From positions 68,702-132,701 of the forward strand of contig JBNGCW010000006.1 of assembly GCA_049975525.1 (NCBI GenBank): 64,000 bases of DNA, written 5' to 3'. Both the position numbers and the translations under genes were made by a program. The notes under the pieces are model-generated. The model was not told where the DNA came from. It saw nothing but the letters and a program-made list of their open reading frames with translations, and made no database searches. Position 1 is the stretch's first letter, and each line of letters starts with the position of its first letter. Positions 52,045-62,542 of this stretch are shown here, one piece after another. This DNA comes from Anaerolineae bacterium. GTDB lineage: Bacteria > Chloroflexota > Anaerolineae > B4-G1 > SLSP01.

Positions 52045-53496
52045 TCACTCCACCGGCTCGATCCAGAAGTTGTCGAAGCGGGATTCGACAGGGGTAAGGT
52101 CCCAGGAACCGGTGTCCAGGCCCACCCGTCGATGATTTCGCAGGGCGTCGTCGGTGAATTCTTTGACTTTCACCTTGGTGTCGCCGTCCATCACGTAGAT
52201 GGTCGCTTTGTTGTCCCGCACCTCGACCAGCAGGTGGTTGTTGGCATTGTACCCTCCTTCGAGCTTAAAGGCGTCGCAACTTCGCCAATCCATGAGGATG
52301 TGCGATTGCAGGTCGGAGTCTTCGTATATCGTGACGGGGTAATCCACGTTGGTGTACTTGTAGACGGCGCAGTTGCCTTCGTAGTTCCATTCAAAGGTGT
52401 AGATGGTGGAGAAAGCATCGTTGGCGCCGAAGATCAGGCCCGCTTTGCCAAACTCTGGCGCCACCACTTGATCGGAGGCTTGTACGAAGCTGTGGTTGAC
52501 TTGAACGTCGTAGTTGGTATGCGCTTCCGCGTAGGGCGCCTTGGTCAAACCCATCAGGCGGTTGTTACGTCCGTCGTAATTCAGAAGGATTTTCATGCGG
52601 TAGGTGCCGTCGACGTAGCCTACGCGCATCAAATCCACCCCGTCGGCGTGGTCGTAGAGCTGATCACGCCAGCCGCTTTCGGGATCGGAGAAGTCATCGT
52701 AGAAGCCCTGGACCTCGGGGGTGGTGGACCACTTATTGGCGACGATGGGCAAGTAGACCGTGCCGCCGTAGTTGGCCCACAGCTCCAGGTGATCCAACCA
52801 CACGCCCTGATCAACGTTGTCGTCCTCGTTGCTGGTGAAACCGAAGGCCACCCAGAGTTGTTCGTTCCCCCGGTTGACCGCCCAGTCCAAACGGGCGCCG
52901 CCCCACATGTTGGGGTTCATTTTCAGGCTGTGGATGCGCAGCCCCTCGAAGTTGACGCCGTCGGTGGAATAGCCGGCGTAGAAGAAATCCCCCTCGCCCA
53001 GCGAGATAAAGTAGTCGAATGTCAAGCGCAGGTCCCAGATTTTCTCGCTGTCCTCGAGGGGCCCGTAGACCAGCCAGGTGTCCATGTTGGGTGTGTAGGT
53101 GTAGATGGTGCTGGAACTGAGATCGGCCCACACGGCACCGCCGCGCACCCAGGCGCCCCGGTTGCCTTCGCTGATGAGCCCAACGCCCCAGGTGTCGGCG
53201 GGCGTGGCGCTGTAGCTGACGGAACTCCAATCACCCAGATCGTTGATGGGGAAGTCCTCGGTCTCGACCAGCTTCCAGCCGCTCAGGTTCGAGGTGAGGT
53301 GGGTCGCCGGGGTGACCGTTTTGTCAGGAGCAGACGGCAGGGATAGCGTAAACCGATAGGGTTCGGCGTATTCGTCCAGGGGACCTTCGGACGCGGATAA
53401 CGAGGTTTCCGGCGATAAGCCGCTGCCCAACAGCAACGCCGGTAAGAGAACGAGCAGGCCAAACCGCAGCAGCGAATACCGAGGTGTTTTCAACAT
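52045..53496 (-). CDS. Secreted hypothetical protein (signal peptide; beta-rich)
   Basis: N-terminal signal (LLRFGLLVLLPALLLGSG). 483 aa, rich in Trp/Tyr/Asn/Asp. No recognisable catalytic motif. Confidence 0.55.
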   Translation of the reverse strand: MLKTPRYSLLRFGLLVLLPALLLGSGLSPETSLSASEGPLDEYAEPYRFTLSLPSAPDKTVTPATHLTSNLSGWKLVETEDFPINDLGDWSSVSYSATPADTWGVGLISEGNRGAWVRGGAVWADLSSSTIYTYTPNMDTWLVYGPLEDSEKIWDLRLTFDYFISLGEGDFFYAGYSTDGVNFEGLRIHSLKMNPNMWGGARLDWAVNRGNEQLWVAFGFTSNEDDNVDQGVWLDHLELWANYGGTVYLPIVANKWSTTPEVQGFYDDFSDPESGWRDQLYDHADGVDLMRVGYVDGTYRMKILLNYDGRNNRLMGLTKAPYAEAHTNYDVQVNHSFVQASDQVVAPEFGKAGLIFGANDAFSTIYTFEWNYEGNCAVYKYTNVDYPVTIYEDSDLQSHILMDWRSCDAFKLEGGYNANNHLLVEVRDNKATIYVMDGDTKVKVKEFTDDALRNHRRVGLDTGSWDLTPVESRFDNFWIEPVE

Positions 53497-53891
53497 GGAA
53501 TACCTCCTTTTTGTGTGTTCTCCAGATTTGACGGTTGAAATGTAGCACGCAGCCAGCCTTTAAGACGTCGGGAGTGCGTCAAAAGTTCCGCCGCTCCGCG
53601 ACATCTATGCAACCTCATCCTTTTGAAGGCGAGGAATTTCTCGGGGCGTTTCTTCCGCCGCCACGTTTCCGCCCGGCGCTTGAACTTGAGCACTTTGCGG
53701 TCGTAGTTGCCGATGACGCTCAGAGCCTGTCGGCGACGCAGCTGCTGGACGATCTCATTGGGAAAAGCGCCATAGCCGGGGAAGTCACCGATGTGCCAAA
53801 TGTGCGCGACGCCCTGCTTTTCGGCGTGCGTGATACCTGCCAGCAGCGCCGGCAGGTTGGCGTGTACGTCCCCGATCAACGCGATTTTCAT
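53490..53891 (-). pseudogene. Truncated metallophosphoesterase-family gene remnant
   Basis: The first roughly 60 aa match metallophosphoesterase motifs I-III (IGDVHANLPAL...HIGDFPGYGAFPNE...IGNYD). The remainder is basic and low-complexity, and the ORF is terminated by or overlaps the start of the 52045..53496 gene. A full-length protein (over 160 aa of fold) cannot fit. Confidence 0.4.
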
Positions 53892-53995
53892 GCTCTGGGT
53901 GTCAGAAGCGTGATGGGATTGCGACGGAGTCTAAGTCTGCCCCAGGGGACGCCGCACACAGGGCCTGGGGGTTTCTTGCAGACGAGACGTGGGTC

Positions 53996-56164
53996 TCAGC
54001 CCTCACTGTGCCAAATACCCCGGTGCTCGACCATCCAGAGCTGGGAGTTGAGCTCCGGCTCCCCGGGTGCCGGCGCGACGCGCTCGTACTCCCCACTGGA
54101 GAGCAAACGACGGGCCTGCACATTGTCCTCCAGGTGCTTGAAAAGAATGTGCTCCCGAATGTGTTCGCGCAAAGAGGTGTCTTCCACCGGGAAGAGCAGC
54201 TCCACGCGGCGGTCCAGGTTCCGGGGCATGAGGTCCGCGCTGCCGATCAGGAGCTCCTCGTCACCGCCGTTGTGGAAGTAATAGATGCGCGGATGCTCCA
54301 GAAAGCGGCCCACGATGGAGGTGACCTCGATGTGCTCGCTTACCCCGACCACGCCGGGCCGCAGGCAGCAGATGCCACGCACGGAGAGGTCCACGCGGAC
54401 GCCTGCCTGTGAAGCGCGGTACAGCGCCTGGATACAGGCTTTGTCCACCAGCTGGTTCATCTTGAAGGCCAGATACCCGTCCCCGTGCTTCTCGTGCCGT
54501 TTGATCTCACGTTCGATGCGGGCGATAATCTGTTCTCGCATGCGACCCGGCGCCACCAGCAGCTTACGATACCGATCCTGTCGCGAGTAACCGGTCAGGG
54601 CGTTGAACAGATCGGAAACGTCGGCCCCGATGTCCTCGTCCGAGGTGAGGAAGCCCAGGTCGGTGTAGATGCGGGCCGTGACCGCGTTGTAGTTGCCGGT
54701 GCTCATGTGCACGTAGCGCCGGATGCCGTTGCTTTCCCGACGCACCACCAGGCACATCTTGGCGTGGGTCTTCAGGCCGACCAGGCCATAGACCACGTGG
54801 ACGCCGGCCTGCTCCAGCGCTTTGGCCCAGACGATGTTGTTTTCCTCGTCAAAGCGGGCTTTGAGCTCCACCAGCACCGCGACCTGCTTGCCGTTCTCGC
54901 GTGCCTTGAGAAGCGCATCCACCACGGGTGAGTTCTGTCCCACGCGGTAGAGCGTCTGTTTGATAGCGATGACGTGGGGGTCTTCGGCCGCCTCGCGGAT
55001 AAAGTCGACCACCGGCGTGAAGCTGTCGTAGGGGTGATACAATAGGATGTCCTCGCGCTGAATGGCGGAGAAGGTGCTGACGGAGCGTGCCAGCTGCGGG
55101 GGCACCGAGGGCATAAAATGCTGGTCTTTGAGGTCGGGGCGCTTGACTTTCAGCAGCTCCATGAGGTCACTCATCCCCAGCGGTCCGTCGGTCGTGTAGA
55201 CTTGGTAGGGGGCCAGATCCAGGTTGGCGATCAGGATTTCGCGCACGTTGTGCGGCATGGTTTCACTGATCTCCAACCGCACGACGGAGCCGAACTCCCG
55301 CAGGCTGACGCTCTCCTCGATAGCGGCGAGCAGGTCGGCCGCTTCATCCTCCTCGATCTCCAGGTCGGCGTCCCGCGTCACCCGGAAGGGATACACGGCT
55401 TTGATCTCCAGGCCGGGGAAGAGCATATCCAGGTTGGCCGCGATCACTTCCTCGATCCATACAAAGTTGTTGGAGACGATGTTGGTGAGCCCCAGGTTTT
55501 CGAAGGAATCGGCGTCGTCATCCTGGGGGATGGAGAGGAAGCGGGGGAAGAGAGAAGGCACCTTCAGGCGGGCGAAGCGTTCGCCCTTCAAGGGATCGTC
55601 GATGACGATAGCCAGGTTTAGACTCAGGTTGGAGATGTGAGGGAAGGGATGCGCGGGATCGAAGGCCAGGGGGGTGAGGGCGGGAAAGATCTCATGGGCG
55701 AAATAGCGGCGCAGTGCCTTTTGTTGCTTGCCCTTCAGCTCGCTGTAGTGCAGGACTGCCACCCCCTGCTGTTTGAGCTTGGGAAGCACGTCGTATTGCC
55801 AACACTCCGTGTGACGTCGCAGCTGGGGTTTCAGCTCCCGGCGGATGGCGGCCAGCTGTTCGGCGGGCGTCATGCCGTCGGGTGGCGTTTCCAGAATGCC
55901 CGCCAGGAGCTGTTTGCGCAAGCCGGAGACGCGCACCATGAAGAACTCGTCCAGATTGTTGGAGAAGATGGAAAGGAACTTGACCCGCTCCAACAGCGGG
56001 TGGCGCGGGTCAAGCGCCTCCTCCAGCACCCGCTCGTTGAACTTCAACCAGCTTAGCTCGCGGTTGATAAAAAGATGGGGCGAATCCAGGTCCACGATTT
56101 CGACTGCCGAGGGTGCTTTTTCCGTCGCCTCGGGCTCTTTCACCTTGGTTTTGGTCTTTGGCAT
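53996..56164 (-). CDS. ppk: Polyphosphate kinase 1
   Basis: PPK1 N, H, C1 and C2 domain sequences are present (FINRELSWLKFNERVLEEA; MVRVSGL; HAKMCLVVRRE...; two PLD-like HxK motifs). The start is chosen at MPKTKTK with an upstream RBS. Confidence 0.9.
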   Translation of the reverse strand: MPKTKTKVKEPEATEKAPSAVEIVDLDSPHLFINRELSWLKFNERVLEEALDPRHPLLERVKFLSIFSNNLDEFFMVRVSGLRKQLLAGILETPPDGMTPAEQLAAIRRELKPQLRRHTECWQYDVLPKLKQQGVAVLHYSELKGKQQKALRRYFAHEIFPALTPLAFDPAHPFPHISNLSLNLAIVIDDPLKGERFARLKVPSLFPRFLSIPQDDDADSFENLGLTNIVSNNFVWIEEVIAANLDMLFPGLEIKAVYPFRVTRDADLEIEEDEAADLLAAIEESVSLREFGSVVRLEISETMPHNVREILIANLDLAPYQVYTTDGPLGMSDLMELLKVKRPDLKDQHFMPSVPPQLARSVSTFSAIQREDILLYHPYDSFTPVVDFIREAAEDPHVIAIKQTLYRVGQNSPVVDALLKARENGKQVAVLVELKARFDEENNIVWAKALEQAGVHVVYGLVGLKTHAKMCLVVRRESNGIRRYVHMSTGNYNAVTARIYTDLGFLTSDEDIGADVSDLFNALTGYSRQDRYRKLLVAPGRMREQIIARIEREIKRHEKHGDGYLAFKMNQLVDKACIQALYRASQAGVRVDLSVRGICCLRPGVVGVSEHIEVTSIVGRFLEHPRIYYFHNGGDEELLIGSADLMPRNLDRRVELLFPVEDTSLREHIREHILFKHLEDNVQARRLLSSGEYERVAPAPGEPELNSQLWMVEHRGIWHSEG

Positions 56165-56301
56165 GCCGCTCCCACCTGTGTAATGGCTGAACCGTTGTTC
56201 GACCGACGACCTCAACCCCATTTTAGCAAATCAGGGAAAGTAATGCAAGGTGCACCTTCCGAGACGCCGAAACGCCTCGGAGGGCGCGTGAGAGTCGGCG
56301 C

Positions 56302-59300
56302 TTACGGTTGGATGCGCAGAACGTCTCCGTCCGTCCGTCCCCAGACCTCGGGGAAGTATGTCTCTGAAGCCGTCGCCGGCAAGACGCGATATTCGCCGGG
56401 CAAGGTGGCCCGCAGCAGGTAACGCACCTGGTAGACGCCGGGGGAGAGGGTTTGGGCGAAGAACACCGCCCGCTCGTCCCGCAGCTCGCGGTGTTCGAAG
56501 GGGTCCCACCACCAGTCCCACTGCGATCTTGACGCCGGCACCGGCCCGGGCTCCGGCAGATCCTGCTGCTCGGTGAGTAATGTGGGGTCCACCGGCTCCA
56601 TGCCCGCCGGATAGACATCTTCCAGCACCACAAAATGACGCGGCTCCGGCACTGTCAGCGTCAGGCGCACCTCCACCAGATCGCCCGGGGTCACGGTCTC
56701 CGGTGGCTCGCAGGGCTGTGGTCGGGTGGTTTCTTCGGTGACGGTGCAGTAGGCTCGCTCCACGGTCAAACCACGGCTTTCGGCCTCCAAATCCTCCACC
56801 GGTCGGTAGAGGGAAAGGTGCGCACTGTAGTAGAGCCGTCCTTCCCCCTCGCCTCGGGCGATTTCCAGAGCGTTGGTACGCTCCTGGGCCAGCCCTTCGG
56901 CGGGATCGTCGGCCTGCTCGAAGCGCAGCTCTACAGACTTCGCCAGGGTCGCCGGGGAGGCGACGCCGGTCGCCTTTTCCAGACCGTTGAGCGCCACCCC
57001 CCATTCGTACTCGGCCTGGATCTCGCCCGTCATCGCCATGTAATCCGTCAGCGCGATGAGGGTCCAGGCGACCTCCTGCGTGGTTGTCCAGCGGTCGGCG
57101 CGGCGCGCTGTCATCAACCAGCGCACCGCTTCCTTCGCCAGCCCGTCCTCCGGCGCCAGTCGTACCAGGGCCTCCAGCACCACGGCGGTAGCCCGCACGT
57201 CCGTCGACCAGGAGGAGGTGTGGGTGTCATGCCACTGAACGCCTGTCGCCGTGATTTCGGCTGCATCCCGCAACTCATTCAACAGCGTCGTGACGCGCCG
57301 GTCGGCGGGATCGACGGTGCCCAGCCCCAGCGCCAGGAACGCCTGCCCGGTGGTGCCCAGCTCGTCGCGTGCTGCGTAAAGCAGACCTGCTGCCTCATCG
57401 GGCCACGGCTCGCCCGCCAGACTGAGGACGTAAAACGCCATGGCGTGGGAACGGGTCCAGTTGTGCGGGGATGCCTGGACCTCCACCGTCAACGCGTTCG
57501 TCAGGTAGTCGAGGCTCTGATGCAAGGCGTCGGTTCGCACGGTGAACCCGGCCCGCTGCGCTTCCAGCAGCCCCAGGGTGACGTAGGCCGTCACTTGCAG
57601 ATGGCTGCGATTCGACCACCAGCCCCACCCGCCGTCCTCGTGCTGCCGACCGTAGAGACGGTCCAGTGCGTCGCGCACCAGCAGGTCAAGCTCCTCTTTC
57701 AGCTCTGGCGTCTCGATCTCCAGATCCTGCAGTGTTCGATAGGTGAGCAGGTTAGGCAAGAAACGGCTCACAATCTGCTCCGTGGAATGATAGCCGGCCG
57801 TCTCCAGGTAGGTGAGAGCGTCGAGCAGGCCGGCCGCCAGCGAGGGTTGCACCTGAACGGTGAGCGCGGTCTCCGCGCCGGACTCCGGCGGCAGAGCGAT
57901 GGCTTCCAGACGACTGCCGGCTTCGCTCAGCACGCCGGCGGTGCCCATCACGTCGGGGCTTTCGTAGCGGTAGATGGGTAATGTCTGATCCGGCGGGCGA
58001 CCCAGGGTGGGGCGCGTTGCGTCGGCGTACCCGCCACCCTCGGCGGAGAAGGTGAGCAGGGCTGTGTCGCTGCCTCGCGTCGGCACCTCCACGTTCCAGG
58101 CTACGCGGGTCCGACCGCCCGCGGGCACGTTTATCTGTTTCTCGGGCTCATCTGTCACCGAGAGGCCCGAGGCGTCCAGGCGCGTGGTGACGTCGAGAGC
58201 CTGCTCTGTCGTGTTGTGCACCACGGCGGCCAGCTGCAGGCGGTCACCCGCCACGAAGAAGCGCGGCGTGACGGGCTGCACCAGCAGCGGCTTGCTGACC
58301 ACCAGCTCTGTCTGCGCTTGCCCAACCCTGGTGTCGGCGGTGACCGCCCGCGCGTCGGCCACCCAGGTGGTCAGAGAATCCGGCAGCTCAAAGCTCACCT
58401 GCGCCTCACCGGAGGGCCCGGTGCGGATTTGCGTCTTCCAGAGTGCTGTGTCGGGGAACTCCTGGCGGATCTCCGTCTCGGCCGGGGCCGCGCCTCCACC
58501 TCCGCCCCCGATCCCACCCATGGAGAGCTCCTCGGCCAGCCTGTCGGCTTGCTCGTTGAGCGCTTCCAGGTCGGCCGAAATTCTGTTGAAGAGCACCAAC
58601 AAGGAGTTGCCGGTCATCACGCCCAGGGGTTGTTCACCGTAGAAGCTCTTCTCTATGGAGGGGGCGTTGGGTGGCATGAGGTTCAGCGCGGCCTTGTCCA
58701 CCACGGCCAACCCCACCTCGGCGTCCACGGTGCGGCCTTCGCTATCGATGGTGCGCACCGTCAGCTCGACCTCGTCGCCGGGCGTGTAGGTCGTGGTGCG
58801 GTCGGCGGTCAGCGTCACGGTGAGCGTCTGTGCTACCGGTTCCACCGGTAGTTTCACCAGGCCGAGGCGCACGTCGGGCGCGGCGCCTCCCTCTGTCTCC
58901 TCGTCCGGCGTGATGCCTTTCACGATGACGAAGGAGACGTAGACGTTGGGTGCGTAGCTGCTTTCGATGGGCAGTTCCACGACGGGATTGGCCTCCTCGA
59001 TAACGAGGCGTTGCGCTTCCAAGACGCCGCCGCGCTCCACCGTCATTAACATCTGGAAGGGGCCGTCGAAGGGTGTGGGCACGAAAATGGAAGCCGTGTC
59101 GCCGGGGCGGTAGCGCTCGGCGTTGGCCACCGGCGTGACGGTGCCCTCGGGTATGCGCCAGGCCTGTCCCTCCGGACCGCTGACCCAAAGCGAGGTCTCC
59201 GAACGCACCGGGTTGCCTTCGGCGTCAACCGCCGTGGCCTTGACGACGTAGGGGCTGGCGGTGGGTGGCGTGACCACGGCTTCGGCTCGACCGTCGTCTC

Positions 59301-62300
59301 CTGTTGTCACGCGCAGCGTGGAGACCACGGTGTCGGTGTAGGCCCATGTGGTCTCGGCAAAGGGTTTGGATGCGGGGATCTGATACCAGGTTCGCTCCGC
59401 CAGCGTGATCTCTACCTCCTGATCGCTGACGGGGTCCGCAGCCCAGTCCAGGGCTGCCACGTCCACCGTCGTCTTCTCGCCGGCGAGCACCACCCAGTTG
59501 CGAGGGCGCAATCCCAGGTAGAAGCGCGCCGGATGCACGTTCACGGCAGCCCGTGCGCTGACAGGGAAGCCGCTCTCGTCGGTCACCGTGGCCTCCAACG
59601 TCCACCTCTGGGGACCGTCCAGGGGTGTTTCGTCCTTCATCGCGGCGGAGAGGTCGGCGGGCAGCTCGATGAGGAAGTGGCCCCCGGCATCGGTGACACC
59701 CTCACCTTCGGCGAGGGGCTCTTTGTACCTATAGTCTTGCCGGGGTGGCGTCTGCCATTGCCAGCGACCTGGTGTCTGGGGGGTGAAGGTGGTGGGATGT
59801 GCCCGCACCTCCCACTGCACCCGCGCGTCTCTCACCGGGTTGCCGAAAAAGTAGGCCGTCTCCACCAGGGCCCGGATGTTTTCGCCGTCCAACACCTCGT
59901 CGCGTTCCGGGGTTACGGTGACCTCGAACTTGGGCTTGCGATAGGCGGCGACAGTGAGGGGCAGCTCCCAGGTGCGCTGTACGTCTTCCAGCTCGGCGAT
60001 GACGGCGTAGGAGCCTAATGGAGCCTCCGGGGAGAGATAAAAGGATTCGGCAAAGCCACCCAGATTCGAAAGAGAGGTCGTGGTGGTGTAGACGACGTTC
60101 CACCGGGGATCCCGCAGGCTCAACGTCACTTCGCGTCCCGGATCGGTGAGGGTGTAACGGGCGTCGTTGACGGCGCGCAGGATGCCACGGACGTGTATCA
60201 TCTGGCCGGGGCGGTAGAGGGGGCGGTCGGAGTAAAGGTAGACGTGGTAGGGGGCAAAGTCTCCGTACTGCACCGCAATGTCAAAGTTCCAGGGAGAGGC
60301 GCCCTCGAACCACTGGTTGAGGGTTATGCCGAAGCCGGGCGCGCCGGGTTGTCCTACGACGGCGGCGACGCGCTCCCAGAGTGAGTTCCGACGCTCGATG
60401 GGGATACGGGCCACGCCGTCGGCGTCGGTGGTGCCGGCGGCGATCAACGTCGCTGTTTCGTCGAGCAAACGCACCTCTGTTGCGGTCACCGGCTCGCCGC
60501 TGCGCAGCTCCGTCACCCAGACCAATGCCTCGGTTGCGCCCAGCTTGAGGGTCACGTGACGGTCTACGACGGCGATGCGCATCTCGGTGCGCCAGCCAGG
60601 CTCCTCACCTGCGTCCCAGGTGAGGCCGTAGTAACCGGTGGGGAGGGGGGTCGCCCGCCGGGTGAGCATCACGGGGGATATCTCTGTGACGTTAGGGTCG
60701 TTTCTGAAATACTCCACCCAGGAGCGCAGCTGTGTCCCCTCCACGGAGCCGCTGTCGATAAAGGCGCGTTCGTTCATCTGCAACAGGGTCAGGGAGGCCA
60801 GATCGACGTTACGCGAGAGCACGTAGATTTCCGGCGGCTCCGCTGCGTCCAGGGTGATGGCCGAAAGTGGGGTGGCCGGCGCAAAGACGGGGCGGAGGTC
60901 GCCGGTGGTGAAGCAGCTTTCAACCCCCGTCTCCAGCGTGTTGCCGTAGCGGTCGGGGAGGTCGGGGGCGACGCCGACGCAGTACTCGGTGCGCGGTTCC
61001 TTGTCCCACGCCAGTCGGAGGACGTTTCCGTCCCAATAGGAGTAGAGATCGTCGGCGGAGACGGTCGGGGTGATGGTTACGTAAGTGTCGGCGACCTGAC
61101 GGTCGATGGCGCCGGCGAAGGCGATGTGCACAGGGCGGGAGATGTCGTAGCCGCGCACACCGTCGGCGGGACTTATGCTTTCCACCGCCGGATAGGGCAC
61201 GGTGGTAAACGACCAACGCCGGGGGGTTTCGACCGGTGCGCCCGTCAGCGCGCGGGCCCCTTCGTTGATGGCGGCGGTGTAGCGGGTGTCCAACGCCAGG
61301 GTCTGGGTGGGGGTGAAGACCATCTCGGTTTCTTCCTCCTGCCAGGTAATGGCGCCCGGCACCGGCTCACCGTTTTCGGAGAGGAGGGTGAAGGCGCTGC
61401 CGGTGGCTTCGGGATCCATGGGGGTGTTGAAGATCACGCGAAGCCCGCTTTCCACCAGGACGTCTTGCGCTTCCTGTTGGGGGGAGACGGAAAGGACGCG
61501 CGGCTGGGCGAAAGTGAAGGACCAGCGGTAAGGCTCTCTCAGGAGGGCGCCATTGACGGCGGTGAGCCCGGCGGACAGCTCCACGGTGTAGCGTTCGCCG
61601 GCTTCCCATCCCAGGCGAGGGGTAAAGCGGTAGAGGGCGGTGTTCACCCAAAAGCCTTCTCCGCTGATGTAGGGGGTGATGTTCAGCGGAAGGTCCGGGC
61701 ACGAAGGCGTTTTCCCCGCCGGCGCACCGCTGCAGGCGAGGGGGATCACGGGGCGGTTAAAAGCGATGAGCAGCGGGGAGTCCAGACGCAGATCGGTTGC
61801 GCCGTCGGCCGGCGTGACGTGGGTCACCACCAATCCTCCCGTCGTCGAAAAGGAGAAAGCCAGAGGATGACTCAACGCTCGCCCTTCGGTCGAACGGGCC
61901 TCGGTGCTCAGCGTGACGCGATACCGCGTGGCGGAGGAGAGATCTCGGGGTCTGAAGTGCACGAGCCGGTCGTTCTCCCAGCGCGCTTCAGTTTCAACCT
62001 TAGGGGTGATCTGGAGCGCCTGCTCCACCGTGGTGTGATCCATGGCTTGGTCGAAGCGCACGGTAAGGAGGGCGTCCTCGGGGACCAGCTCCTGTCCGGG
62101 CTTCGGGCTGAACTCGACCACCGTCGGCGGCAGTTCCATCTCCGCGAGAGGAGAATGTAGGGGTGTCGCCGTCGGTTCGAGGGTTTCTGTCGCCGTCGGC
62201 TCGGGCGTGGAGACGGGGAGGAACCGGGAACATGCTGTGGTGATCAGCAGAAGACCGACCAACAGGCGTCGAAGTTTCACATAAGCATTCAGGGAAAACA

Positions 62301-62301
62301 T
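56302..62301 (-). CDS. Alpha-2-macroglobulin family lipoprotein (about 2000 aa), thioester motif not conserved
   Basis: Signal plus lipobox (LLLITTACS), N-terminal Ig-like repeats, and MG/A2M domains (FPDTALWKTQIRTGPSGEAQVSFELPDSLTTWV). At the position of CxEQ the sequence reads AGYHSTEQ, with no Cys. The start is chosen at MFSLNAY (ATG 62301) with RBS AGGAGGAAGG. Confidence 0.85.
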   Translation of the reverse strand: MFSLNAYVKLRRLLVGLLLITTACSRFLPVSTPEPTATETLEPTATPLHSPLAEMELPPTVVEFSPKPGQELVPEDALLTVRFDQAMDHTTVEQALQITPKVETEARWENDRLVHFRPRDLSSATRYRVTLSTEARSTEGRALSHPLAFSFSTTGGLVVTHVTPADGATDLRLDSPLLIAFNRPVIPLACSGAPAGKTPSCPDLPLNITPYISGEGFWVNTALYRFTPRLGWEAGERYTVELSAGLTAVNGALLREPYRWSFTFAQPRVLSVSPQQEAQDVLVESGLRVIFNTPMDPEATGSAFTLLSENGEPVPGAITWQEEETEMVFTPTQTLALDTRYTAAINEGARALTGAPVETPRRWSFTTVPYPAVESISPADGVRGYDISRPVHIAFAGAIDRQVADTYVTITPTVSADDLYSYWDGNVLRLAWDKEPRTEYCVGVAPDLPDRYGNTLETGVESCFTTGDLRPVFAPATPLSAITLDAAEPPEIYVLSRNVDLASLTLLQMNERAFIDSGSVEGTQLRSWVEYFRNDPNVTEISPVMLTRRATPLPTGYYGLTWDAGEEPGWRTEMRIAVVDRHVTLKLGATEALVWVTELRSGEPVTATEVRLLDETATLIAAGTTDADGVARIPIERRNSLWERVAAVVGQPGAPGFGITLNQWFEGASPWNFDIAVQYGDFAPYHVYLYSDRPLYRPGQMIHVRGILRAVNDARYTLTDPGREVTLSLRDPRWNVVYTTTTSLSNLGGFAESFYLSPEAPLGSYAVIAELEDVQRTWELPLTVAAYRKPKFEVTVTPERDEVLDGENIRALVETAYFFGNPVRDARVQWEVRAHPTTFTPQTPGRWQWQTPPRQDYRYKEPLAEGEGVTDAGGHFLIELPADLSAAMKDETPLDGPQRWTLEATVTDESGFPVSARAAVNVHPARFYLGLRPRNWVVLAGEKTTVDVAALDWAADPVSDQEVEITLAERTWYQIPASKPFAETTWAYTDTVVSTLRVTTGDDGRAEAVVTPPTASPYVVKATAVDAEGNPVRSETSLWVSGPEGQAWRIPEGTVTPVANAERYRPGDTASIFVPTPFDGPFQMLMTVERGGVLEAQRLVIEEANPVVELPIESSYAPNVYVSFVIVKGITPDEETEGGAAPDVRLGLVKLPVEPVAQTLTVTLTADRTTTYTPGDEVELTVRTIDSEGRTVDAEVGLAVVDKAALNLMPPNAPSIEKSFYGEQPLGVMTGNSLLVLFNRISADLEALNEQADRLAEELSMGGIGGGGGGAAPAETEIRQEFPDTALWKTQIRTGPSGEAQVSFELPDSLTTWVADARAVTADTRVGQAQTELVVSKPLLVQPVTPRFFVAGDRLQLAAVVHNTTEQALDVTTRLDASGLSVTDEPEKQINVPAGGRTRVAWNVEVPTRGSDTALLTFSAEGGGYADATRPTLGRPPDQTLPIYRYESPDVMGTAGVLSEAGSRLEAIALPPESGAETALTVQVQPSLAAGLLDALTYLETAGYHSTEQIVSRFLPNLLTYRTLQDLEIETPELKEELDLLVRDALDRLYGRQHEDGGWGWWSNRSHLQVTAYVTLGLLEAQRAGFTVRTDALHQSLDYLTNALTVEVQASPHNWTRSHAMAFYVLSLAGEPWPDEAAGLLYAARDELGTTGQAFLALGLGTVDPADRRVTTLLNELRDAAEITATGVQWHDTHTSSWSTDVRATAVVLEALVRLAPEDGLAKEAVRWLMTARRADRWTTTQEVAWTLIALTDYMAMTGEIQAEYEWGVALNGLEKATGVASPATLAKSVELRFEQADDPAEGLAQERTNALEIARGEGEGRLYYSAHLSLYRPVEDLEAESRGLTVERAYCTVTEETTRPQPCEPPETVTPGDLVEVRLTLTVPEPRHFVVLEDVYPAGMEPVDPTLLTEQQDLPEPGPVPASRSQWDWWWDPFEHRELRDERAVFFAQTLSPGVYQVRYLLRATLPGEYRVLPATASETYFPEVWGRTDGDVLRIQP

Positions 62302-62542
62302 AGCCTTCCTCCTGCAATCTGGCTTATCGGAAGCGGTCTTATCGCTCTCGTTACGTCCCTTGTTACGTTCTTCTGTGGCTGCCTTGAACAAACGGGACAG
62401 TCAAGCAGAATCTTCATTGGCGCCACTGAGATAACTCATAAACATCAGATTTCTCCAGCGCTTACCACTAGGTAGTGTCCCTGGACAATTGAGATAATGG
62501 CCGGCATATTATCAGCAAAACATCATCTTTGAAAGGAGGTAA

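Noticed and set aside
56635-57981. 448-aa plus ORF, plus 60556..62160 (534 aa) and other plus ORFs, inside the A2M gene
   Set aside because: They are antisense to a continuous 2000-aa A2M reading frame with domain-level homology, so they are spurious.
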